IMG/VR virus record: IMGVR_UViG_3300006919_000234
Location: 1 to 31,977 of that record
From: a virus
Lineage: Duplodnaviria; Caudoviricetes
Strand: one strand, 5' to 3'
Length of the DNA: 31,977 nucleotides
Positions 1-10,500 of the stretch are shown here, one piece after another (position 1 is the stretch's first letter; each line of letters opens with the position of its first letter). Below the pieces are notes generated by a model that ran no database searches, was not told the origin of the DNA, and was given only the letters and a program-made list of their open reading frames with translations. Both the position numbers and the translations under genes were made by a program.

Positions 1-93
1 GATGTAGACCTATCTAATATCTTAGAGGTTGATGATAATACAGACCTAGCGGGCGAGATTGCTTGCGGGGCTGACGGTTGTGAAGTTAAATAA
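1..93 (+). CDS. nrdJ: Ribonucleotide reductase class II (B12-dependent), C-terminal fragment (5' truncated by window)
   Basis: Frame 1 reads DVDLSNILEVDDNTDLAGEIACGADGCEVK*; the C-terminal C-x4-C redox pair (ACxxxxCE) is typical of monomeric RTPR/NrdJ. Confidence 0.8.
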   Translation, partial: DVDLSNILEVDDNTDLAGEIACGADGCEVK

Positions 94-101
94 TTATAGT
101 T

Positions 102-356
102 ATGGAATTTAGAGAATATATTATAGAGGCTTACGGAAGTTCAGATGACGTTATGTTTGCTGATGGCCTTGATGATGCTATCATAGGGTTTGAGCCAAAT
201 TTGTGGAAGGTAGTTTATAGCAGAAATAAGTGTATAGACATCTGCATTAAGGATGGTATGAGCGAAGATGAGGCTATTGAGTACCTTGATTTCAATACCT
301 TTAGTGGATATGTCGGAGAAAAAACTCCTATATGGGTTGATGATTACAAACATTAA
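102..356 (+). CDS. Conserved phage hypothetical protein (84 aa)
   Basis: ADGLDDAIIG...VVYS...GMSEDEAIEYLDFN...YVGEKTP motif recognisable from widespread phage ORFs; starts 8 nt after the nrdJ stop. Confidence 0.85.
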   Translation: MEFREYIIEAYGSSDDVMFADGLDDAIIGFEPNLWKVVYSRNKCIDICIKDGMSEDEAIEYLDFNTFSGYVGEKTPIWVDDYKH

Positions 357-368
357 TTAGTATATTTG
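337..368 (+). promoter_or_regulatory. Bacteroidetes sigma-ABfr-type promoter (-33 TTG / -7 TAnnTTTG)
   Basis: TTG at 337-339, 21-nt spacer, TATATTTG at 361-368. Confidence 0.6.
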
Positions 369-440
369 CATAGTATACTTGCATTGTGTATTTGTTTTTA
401 ATTATGCTATACGATTTGTTTTGTATTGCACATCGTAACT

Positions 441-475
441 AAAAAACGCCAGTAATTAATTTTACTGGCGTTTTT
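441..475. terminator. Bidirectional intrinsic terminator between convergent operons
   Basis: A6-CGCCAGTAA-ttaatt-TTACTGGCG-T5: perfect 9-bp stem with an A-tract on one side and a T-tract on the other. Confidence 0.9.
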
Positions 476-504
476 GATTATAGGTAGCTTTAGGTATGGT
501 ACGC

Positions 505-759
505 CTATTTCTTTTTGCTCCCTTTCTTTATCTTCCCCACATTCTTTGAGGAAGTTTTCTTTCTCTTAAAGCTTTCCTTTTCAGACTTCGTTAGTTCACT
601 TGCTGTAGTCGGTGTATCTTTAGATATTCTTTTACTTGGTCTACAAGCAGGGTATCCCTTTCTCTTTTCACCCTCAGACCTTCCGCAAGGCTTTCCAGTC
701 TTTATGTCAACCCACTTCTCTTTAAACCATCTGTTTAAGTTTCCTTCAGTCTTTGCCAT
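505..759 (-). CDS. Small basic conserved phage protein (WFKEKWVD...CGR...YPACRP family)
   Basis: 84-aa Lys-rich ORF with a recognisable viral motif; its start overlaps the upstream stop (TAATG). Confidence 0.85.
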   Translation of the reverse strand: MAKTEGNLNRWFKEKWVDIKTGKPCGRSEGEKRKGYPACRPSKRISKDTPTTASELTKSEKESFKRKKTSSKNVGKIKKGSKKK

Positions 760-923
760 TACTTCTTCTTTTTAGAACCACCAAACTTACTTGGCCCTCC
801 AGCCTTCGTACACTGAACTCCCCATCCAGAAGCATACGCACTAGGCCACACTTTAAACTTACTCTTAGCTGCTCTTTTGCACGCAGCGGATATAGCGTTA
901 ATTCCGTTGCCTTTAAATACCAT
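759..923 (-). CDS. Small basic conserved phage protein (54 aa, KFKVWPSAYASG family); absent from the ORF track
   Basis: Manual translation MVFKGNGINAISAACKRAAKSKFKVWPSAYASGWGVQCTKAGGPSKFGGSKKKK*; fills the gap exactly, with TAATG coupling to the next gene. Confidence 0.85.
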   Translation of the reverse strand: MVFKGNGINAISAACKRAAKSKFKVWPSAYASGWGVQCTKAGGPSKFGGSKKKK

Positions 924-925
924 AG

Positions 926-1567
926 TTATTTGTTTTTAAGTACATAAAGACCATTAGGCATATTAAGACCATTAGGAATATTAAGACCATTAGGAGTATT
1001 TTTATTTGTTTTGTTAGTATTTTTTTTGTATAAAAAACTTTTATCAGATTTGTAATTTTCAGAATTTTTAAAACCTCTCCCATCTGGAAGTATAGATTTT
1101 ACTTTAGGACTGTCTACAATGCTCTTCTTTTTCTTTGCTGGTATATCCATAGCTCCTATGATTGAGCCTGCGAAGTTATTTGTTAAGTCTTCCGCAGTTT
1201 CAGCTATAACATCTGTAATTGGCATACCCTTTTTAAAGTTTGCATATCCTGCTTTAGCCTCGTGTGCAGCACCAAGAATATTTGAAACCCCGACACTAAC
1301 TAATTTATTTACAGTAGAGTTTGAGAATGGAATCATATCAAGTTTACTTCTTACACCCTCTGTAGTGTACTGAGCCGTGGTCATATGCCTAGCTCTATCT
1401 CTCCCCTTGTCAAATTCTCCTCCTTCATCTGTAGTGTACCTACTATTTACTTCATCAACAGCTCTCTTTGGGTTACCTAAGAAGTCATTAACTTTTGACT
1501 CCAAAGTTTTAGGTTTTTTATTGTCACCCCCACCTAACTGTGTGAGTCCATTCATTTTATATGCCAT
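926..1567 (-). CDS. Hypothetical protein with serum-amyloid-A-like/DUF6973-like motifs (213 aa)
   Basis: D-x2-RH (DRARH), HE (AAHEAK), EDLTNNFAG motifs; N-terminal MAYKMNG; repetitive C-terminus. Confidence 0.6.
   Translation of the reverse strand: MAYKMNGLTQLGGGDNKKPKTLESKVNDFLGNPKRAVDEVNSRYTTDEGGEFDKGRDRARHMTTAQYTTEGVRSKLDMIPFSNSTVNKLVSVGVSNILGAAHEAKAGYANFKKGMPITDVIAETAEDLTNNFAGSIIGAMDIPAKKKKSIVDSPKVKSILPDGRGFKNSENYKSDKSFLYKKNTNKTNKNTPNGLNIPNGLNMPNGLYVLKNK
947..1000. repeat. 18-bp tandem repeat x3 (N-x-PNGL)
   Basis: aagaccattagg-nntatt units at 947, 965 and 983. Confidence 0.95.
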
Positions 1568-1585
1568 AGTTATTTATTTAGTTAG

Positions 1586-4500
1586 TTATTTATTTAGTTT
1601 TGGTACTGTGGATTTGTTTAGTTTTGGTACTGTGGATTTGTTTAGTTTTGGTACTGTGGATTTGTTTAGTTTTGGACCTGTAAACCTGCTTATTTTGTTT
1701 GATTTTGAGGTTGCTGCATTTTTCCCTGCACCAAAAAGATATTTATTATATATTTTTCTTAGTGTTTTGTATCCAGGAATAACACCACTATTGCCAGCTA
1801 TTTCAAATGGAATCCTTGTAAGAAGCTCATCTAAGTTTCTATCTCTTGTCTCTTGCCTTTTAGACGCAGTAGCTCTAGTTATCAACTTCCCTGCTCTGTC
1901 TACTGTTTTTACCATAGGGGTATAAGACCCTAAAGAATTAATTACAACATTTGAAATCATATTGTCTTGAGGTTTTACTTCCATAGGTATCTTAGAAAAA
2001 ACAATCCCATCCTTATATGCATTATAATCTCCTGAGAATGTTATTCCTTCTCCGTACTCTCTATTTAGCCACTCAGCTCCATAGTTTACTGGCATTTGGG
2101 CTACATTGCCTAAATATCTACCTAAAGCTAATGTTGCAATAGCACCTAGAACTCCCTTACTAACTTCTTCATCTATCTCTTTTTCATCATCTTCATCATC
2201 TAGACCCAGTAGAGAAAATACTACAGAAAAAGCCATATCTATTGCCATCTTATACATTGACATACGAATCACAGTGGCAGTTAGAAGTAATGCTCCTTGA
2301 GACTTAGTTAAGTCCCCCTTACCAATCATTGACTGAACACCTTTTAAAGCAGAGTAGTACTCAAATGTTCTAAATCTTGACATATACCTGTTTACTGTTT
2401 GTAGTGCTTGCTTAATTGCACTTGCATCCCTATCAAGTATGTTTTTTGGTATTGCGTCAAATGGATTGTTTGATGCTGCGTTATCTATAACTGCTGCATC
2501 CCCATCTTCGGAAGCTTTCTGTATTGCACTATCAAATTTATTTCTATAATTTTCATCGTTAGCAATTTTTTCCCAGTTAGGCTTTTGACCTGTTGACTCT
2601 TCAAATGATGCGCTAAATGCCCCTATAAATAATGGCTTTGCAACTAAAGAATCTGGCTTTGTAATCAAGTCTTCGTTAAACTTCATAAAAGCTTTAGCAG
2701 GCTTTTTTAATACGCTAAATACTTTACCAATTCTATCTCCAAAATCTGATGTCATTTGCTCTTGTTGGAATAGAGGTGCAGATGCATATAGTCTTTCTTC
2801 AATGTCTTTACTACCTCCTTCGTTTTCAGTTAATCTTGCGGTTTGAGTAGAATACAGATTATTCAAAGCCTTGTTAATAGTATCTTTAGGAACTTTACTT
2901 AAAACTTGAAACCCTTCATTAAAGGCTATTGGGTTATAAAGTATTGCGTGTGTAGCATTTGATGCTAATTCTACAGCAGCCTTTATCGGACCAGCAAGTT
3001 GAGCCAAGTATCCAGACCTTCCTAAGAAACTCAAAGCCTTCTCTATAAAAGCCCTATCTTTTGTTACGTTTTTGTACTCACTTCTTATTATAGAGTCATA
3101 CACCTCTTCAAGTGAATTAAATAAATCTTTCTGATAGTCAGTTTTTGCATTAGCCTTTAGATTTGCTAACACCCTTTTACCTATTTTTACCGCAGGAACC
3201 ATATAGTAACTAACAGTAGCCTTCCTTGAAATAGCGTTAGCATTATAAATAGGGTCAAAAGATATTGAGTGAGGCTTACCATTTCTTTGAAACAGAGCCT
3301 TACTCTTCATACTGACTGGGTTTGCAAAGTTGTCGGCCAAAGCTTCAAACTCTTCCTCTGAAGTCATTGTATTTTGACCCTTAGTAATTCTAGGTAGGTG
3401 AACATAATTTTTTCTTAGAACAAACGGAAGCCCTTGTCTTGCTGCATCCATCCGAGCCATTTCTTGTATGTCGCTATAAACCTTATCAATTAAAGCTAAA
3501 GACTTCTTTTCTTTGTCTGTAAAGCTATTAAAAATCTTGTCTGCGTCTATCTCTCCGTCAATAGATAAATACTCATCCCTAATTTTTTCTATAGTAGCTC
3601 TCTCTCTATCTGAAAGGTCAACCAATGGGTCTTTAAGGGTGTGATTAATCATACTAATTGCAGTAACAAGCTCTGCGTTTGCTTTTTTACCCCCGTTAGA
3701 ATCGTACTCCCTTTGAATTTGATAAATCATTATCTTAACCTTCTGGGCGTATCTTTTATTTCTACTTATATCTAAAAATGCTCCAGCCCTGTCTAAATCT
3801 TTTTTAGCCATCTTCAGCTTCTTTGATGCTGCTTCAAAAGCAACTCCAGTTGGTCTAAAAACATTTTCATAAATCTTTGTAGATTTAAATCCTTTTGCTG
3901 CATCGTTAAGTATCTGGTCAATATTTTTAAGAGGTGTTGACCTAATCCTTTCCATTATTGGTGTAACTTGCTTATCTCTAGCTCTAAAGATATTCATTAT
4001 GGTGGTCTTGGCTCTAGTTAAAAGTTTATCTATAAACCCTCTCTCTAAAGTCTCTCCTGTTGCTGTGTTTTTTGATAGCCTGTCAGCTTTAATAGTGTCT
4101 ACTGACTGTATTAAATCTGAACCTATATACCCAGCCATAAGCCCTTCTAACCCTCTAACTAACTTTTGTATTTCATTAGTGGTTAAGTTCTCAAGGTCTT
4201 TAAGTGTTAATGTTTTTACAATCCTAAGTACACTTCTTTCGTCATCATTTAAGTCTTTGAAAGATTTCGGTATTCCTTGAATTGCTGCTTCAAAGTCTTC
4301 AGTTGCTTCACTTCTTCTTTCTTGAGCCGTCTTTGCCTTGTCCTCCGCTGAAACATTTTCCTTCTTAGTTTCGTTAATTTGGTCTTTAAATCTTACAAGC
4401 AACTCAAACTCTGAGTCTGTGATTTTATTTTCCTTTTTCATCTGGTTAAGATTCTCAAGGACACTCTTGTTAGGGTCAAGATTATTGTTTATTCTGTCTC

Positions 4501-7500
4501 TAATTATCTCCTGTGCCAACTTGTAATCAGCTTGGAAACTTGTTATAACTGCCTCAGCAAGAGATTTTAGCTCTATTCTTGATGGCATATCAAATTTTTT
4601 ACTTACGCTTGCTAAAGACGATATTATTTTATCATATTTAACAAGTGTCTTATCTGATAAGTACTGTGGATTTATTTTTAATGCATCAACAAGGATGTTG
4701 TTAAGCTCCTTTAGTGAACCTATTTTACCAATATTGCTCAAAGCTTTCCCAAGAGTTTTCTTTCTGTTATATCTAGCTTGCCTTTTAATATCTCTGCTAA
4801 TAACATCCATAACCTCAGCAACCTTCTTTTGCATTGTTGCTGGTGTTGCATTCTCAATATTCTTCATTATGCTTTTGATAGCTCTTTTGGATACGCTATC
4901 TAAACCAGAATTTTTTAATATTTCAGCAATCTGTTTTCTTACTTCTTTTCTTGCTTCTTTATTTCTGCTAATCTTATTTTTGAATGTCTCTCTAATTCTA
5001 TTTATTTTAGATTGCATTCTATCTAAAGCTTCTTCTACAAACTCTGAGTATATAAAGTCTGCATCTTCTGCTCTATCCTTCATAGAATTAAAAAACTCAA
5101 GGTATCCTTGTTTTATTATTTCTGCCTCTGTTAAACCACTACCAGTTAATTCATCAGTTAAAAGAGTTGCTTTCTGCTGACGTATAGATGGAGCGTCTGG
5201 GTCAAAGGTGGTGTTAGTGCCATCTGCTAGTTTAGCTTGTGTAGGTTCAAAAGCAACAATCTCTAACCCATTATCAAAATCTACACCATCAAAATTTTCT
5301 TTTAAAAGAAATTCTTTAAATTCTTTATTTGCTTTCTTTAAAGCGGTTGGTGAGTCATATTTTCTACTACCATTTGATGCCCAATTTAAAAGGTCACTCC
5401 ATTCTTTATTAGTCCCCTTGTATGGGTTTTTTATGTTTAGAAAAAAAGCTCTTGCTTCTGTAAGTTTGTTTTCTAAAAAAGGGTTTTGCAATCCTCCAAT
5501 GAATGCGTATTGGTCTGCTGCTGATTTATTGGATGCAAAGAAAAACCCTGCCTTTGCTATTTCAGTATTAGTTAAAGAGCCAAGTTTCTTTTTGTCAAAC
5601 ACATCAAAATCTGCTGCACTTCCGTGATACACAACCATAGGCTCACCATTCTCGTCCACTACTTTACTCGCATTCTTAGGGTCATTCTCCCAATCTCCGA
5701 ACCAATTCTTGAATGCAGGGGTGCGAACTGTGTCGTATTGTACATCAGTTAAGTTAGATTGGTTACCATTAGGAGCTAACCTTGTAGTTCTCTGCTGACG
5801 GGTTTCTGGTGCGTCTGTAAAAAATATCTGGTCTTCTCTAGCAACATCTTCTGTTTCTTGTAAGGTTGTATCTCTACGTTGCTCAGGAGTCATATCCATT
5901 CTCTTTTGGACATTCCGTGATTCTACTTCTCCTGCTAATCTTTTGTATTTTTCAAAAGAAGTAAGATTGTTGTTTTTTAAAGTTTTATAAACAGTAGTTT
6001 CATCTACATCTATACCTCTGCTTAACTGTTGCTCTAACACAGAGGCGAGAGTTACTACTGTAGGTGAAGGTTTCTCTCCGAAAATTTCCTCATATTTTTT
6101 TACTGCATCGCTACCATATGTTATATCCCAACCTTTTTCAGGGTTTTTTATTGCAACGTCTTTAGCAAAAGACCGAAGAGCATTAACATTGCTAAACCTC
6201 AATGTGTCCATTTCATTGTCAAACATTCCAGAATTTCCACCCCTTTCAAAACCTTCAATATCTTGTATTATATGTTGTATTTCGTGCAATAAAACAGATT
6301 TTCCAAACTCAACATCTCCATTAAAGATACCATCAGACATAAATATATCCCAACCGTTTCTTCTTTTTAACATCTGAGCCATAGTACCAAAGGAAGCATC
6401 AGACGTTAACCCTCTACCAACAAATACTTTCTCGCCAATTTGAGGATATAGTTTTAATAATTCTCCACTTACTATATTTTTCAACTTGGTAACATATCCT
6501 TGTGCACCTTCCCATTCGTCAGTCCAAGGTGTGACATCCCCTGTGATGGTTATATCATCTATCTCATATCTCCACTTACCATCAGCACCACGCTCCCATC
6601 CTGTTGCTATACGAATAGTTTTAGCGTCTTTATTGTCGGTTTCCATTTGTCTCGCAACGCTAAGGTTATCCCTTACGTTTTGAGATAGTTCTGCGTTTTC
6701 TCCTATAATCTGCTTACGGGTTTCTGGTGCGGTTATATTTTTAACTGCACTTGGAACTGCACCACCATAAGGAGCTATGCTTGAAGTTTTTTCTGAAATA
6801 CCTTTGCCTGATATTTTTTCTTTAATATCTGTAGGCATAATTTCTTCAGCGTTCATTTTAATATCTGGCACACCTACTAATTCTCCTAATATATCAGTAG
6901 AATAAGTAGAATGTTTGGATTTACCTCCTAATTTAGTTGGTTTTAAAACCAACATTATATCATTCTGAGAAAAATTATTTTCTTTATAAAAGCCATCCCT
7001 TAATTCATTTAAGTCTACAAACCCCCCTAATTCTTGAACTAATTTATGAAATTTAGTATTTGGTTTTTTAAATTGTTCATTAACTGCTATTAAAAAAGCT
7101 TTTCTTCTAGTACTTTTTCTCATATCGGCCCAGCTATCAAACTCCTCTAAAGTTTCTTTTATTCCTTTAACTGGGTTAGTAGCTAATGCTTTTTCCTTAA
7201 AAGATTCATAATCTCCTAACTTCTTTTTGTAAATATCAAAAACTTTTTTATTGAATAACTTACTTACTATAGGAGAACCGCTAATAATAAATATAAAATC
7301 AGCCTCTTTTATATTTTTATTTAATTTAACATCATCTAATCCACTAGCCCATATCGCTTTCTTTTTTCTGTTTTCAGGTTGTAAAGCAAAACTAGGTCCA
7401 GCATCCATCTGAACACCTTCATACTCTCCTAATCCCAATTGGTCAGCTACCCAGAACCAAACTTTTTGGTTCTTTTTAATTATGTCATCTATAAGTGAAA

Positions 7501-10500
7501 TTAAATCTATTTTATCTTTAGAAGTTACTAATGACATTTTGTAAGACTCCTTAAAGTCGATTTGTTTTCTTTTTTCAAGAGATGGTTTATTTATTATGGT
7601 TGGATTCCCTATAGGAGCAGTTGATTGTAATATATCTATATCAGCTTGCTCAATAACTTCTCCACTTGCAACCTTTTGAGATACAACTGATAAAAACTCT
7701 ATAATATCCTTATCGCTATCTAACATACCTTTTATTGGTATATTAAGAACCTTAGCAAGCTTTCTTAACCATTCGTTTATTAATTTCTTAACAGGAGATG
7801 AAGTCTCGTAGTTCTCTGCTAGTATACCAAAAAGTTCAGAAATGCTTTCCTCAGATTGAAGTCCGTTAGTATACTTACTAGCAAATGCATCAAGTCGTTT
7901 AAGTAACTTTGGACTAGCTATCCTTCTAACAGCATCCAGCATATCTGATGTAATTCTCTGTGCCTCTTTGTTTGTTATTCCATCCTTAAGTAATATTGCG
8001 TGAAACACTTCGTGTGCAACAGTTCTTAGGTTTGCTTTTTCAAGGTTTATTTTTATAGTTTTTGTTGCTAGTACATACTCACCACCATCAATAGGATTAC
8101 CTCCAGAAGCTTCATACTCTTTTTGAGTTTCGTATACCTCGATGGTAACACCCTTAGCAATATTTGATAAAGCCTTAATGGCGTTTTTAATCTGACCTCT
8201 AATTTTATTTTTTATAGCTTCACTATTAACTTCAGAACTATATTCTTTTTGAGACCTTTTATTTTCTTCTGATTTTGATTCTTTTTTATATTTTTTTTCT
8301 AAAGATTGTCTTTCTTTTTCTAGTTTATTTTTTTTATCTCCTAACTCATTATTCTTTTTTTCATAAGAATTTTTAATCTTATCTCTTTTTTCTTCAAGAG
8401 CTTTTATTTTTTTTTGCTTTTCTTCCTTTGATAAATTTTTATCATCTTTTATCTTTTCTCTTTCGTCAAAGTTTTTGTCGGAATCTTCTTTGTACTTTTC
8501 CCGTTCTTTTTTTCTTTGAGCTACAACATCAGCAATTTCTTTTGTTTTACTTTCTACTTGAGATTTAGTTTTAGATTTAGTTTCTACAGTAGGTTTGGCT
8601 TTTGTTGTTTTAGTAGGCTTAGATTTTGTTGTTTTAGTAGCTTTAGGTTTTTTAGCTTCAACCTCACTAGTTTGTTGTGTTGGTTTAGAAACTTCTGTTT
8701 TTAAAGAGCTTATATTTCGTGGAAGTTGTATTTCTCCTTTAGACATTGCTACATCACCTTTTCTACCCTCTAACAAATTATCATATAATGCTTTAGGTAT
8801 GGCAATTTTATAAACTTTTCTATTGCCCATTGCAGCATACCTCTCTGCCTCAGCTTTAAAAGGAGTAAACCAAGAGCCTGCGTTTCCTCTAACAGAAAGT
8901 GGTAAATTCTCTGTATCCACAACCTTTCCTTCTGCTCTATATACATTAATAAATTCAGTTCCTTCAGGTGTTTGATTTACATTCTTGTTATATAAAGTTT
9001 CATCTATATAATCAATGTTATCAACCTCACTAGTTGGTTGTGTAGTTTCTAAAGCAGCTTCTTCTACAGTAGGCTCAGTAAATGTTTTTAAAATTTCTTC
9101 TACTTCAGAAGTTTTATCATTAAAGATAGCTTGCTCCTTCTCAGTAAGCTCGGTATTATCTTTAACCTTCTGCGCTAATGAGTTTAATCTTTCATCAGTT
9201 ACATTCCCATTGTCAACAAAATCTTTGTACTCAGAATCAGTTACATCTATTTCTATTGATGTACTTTCTTCTTCAATGTTTCCAATTTCTTCTAATCTAG
9301 ATTGTACTTCTTTAAGTCTATTTGATTCAATCTTAGTTAACGATGCATTATCAACATCCTTTATTTTATCTTTTAGCTTTTTTTCCTCCATTAAAAGGTT
9401 TACAACCTCTGGTTTGTTTTCTTTTGATAGTCTACCAATCTTATTTGCGGTGTTTACAGCCCCCTGAGTGGCTCTAAAGTTTTCTTTTATAGTATCAGCT
9501 TCCTCTTGGGTCATTCGCCCATTAGCGACCTCTATTTCTACTTGCTCGTCAACTATGCTAGATGTGTTTTTATTAGAAGCTAAATCTATTGTTGCTTGGT
9601 CAATATCTGTGTCTGGGGCAAATACAGATGAAGTATTTTTGTATCCTCCATCTTTGGCTGTTTTATTTGCTTGAACCCTCCCACTTACAACCTTTAGATT
9701 ATTGTATGCAGCAGGCCCTACACTTAATGCTGCACCACCAAATTCTCCAATAGTTTCAAGAGCTATCTCTTTAATATCCATATCTTGACCTATCGCAAAC
9801 CTAGCCGCAGCTTCACCAGCACCGCCACCTGCACCTTCTATTGCTGTACCACCAACAACAGCACCTGTTTTTATAGCAGCTCTAGATGCAACGCTTGTCC
9901 CTTTTTTTACTGCTTTTAAAGCAGCACCTGTAAATTTATTTGCAATTCCAAAAGTTATATAATCTACAGCTCCAATTATAGAACCTCTAGCAATAGCTTT
10001 TGTCCTTAATTCTGATAGTTTTTCTGGGTCACTTAGTACAGCTTTTACATTTTCAAATGTAAGTTCACCTTCTATTTCTTCTTGAAGTAGCTCATTAAAA
10101 GTTAATGTTGCCTCCATAGTTGCCTGCAAAGCCGCTTGCCCACCTCTAAGTGCAGCAAGAGCAGTAGCCCCAACAGCAACAGGGGCAGCTATGCCTCCAG
10201 TAGCGGCAGTGGCAGCAGCTCCAATACCTCCAGTAACAGCAGCACTAGCCCCAGCACCAGCAACAGTAGCCGCTATAACCTCTTCGGATTGAAGAGAGCC
10301 GACCATAGTTGCTAAAGAACTAGCCATTAACGGAACTGCAATTCCAGGATTTTCTATTGTTGCCATTAGAATACCGTAAGCTCCTCCTCCATTTTCGTCA
10401 ACAGCTTTATCCCAAGCCGCCATTTCATCTTGAATCTTTTGATTTTTGGCTAACTCTTTATTTATTCTTATGTATTCATACAACTGCCTATCGGTAGCAT

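Noticed and set aside
141-353. 70-aa minus-strand ORF
   Set aside because: Antisense to the recognisable 102-356 gene and downstream of the bidirectional terminator
1593-1675. Possible CRISPR array (also 947-1000 and 13416-13460)
   Set aside because: Repeats are head-to-tail without spacers and are in-frame coding repeats; no cas genes are present
1377-1925. 182-aa plus-strand ORF and the other plus-strand ORFs from 515 to 31218
   Set aside because: Antisense shadows of well-supported minus-strand genes, with Phe/Leu/Ser-rich composition and no motifs
5173-9043. Diversity-generating retroelement or invertible shufflon as the explanation for the repeats
   Set aside because: Repeats are short and direct rather than inverted, show no adenine-specific TR/VR pattern, and no reverse transcriptase or recombinase is in the window
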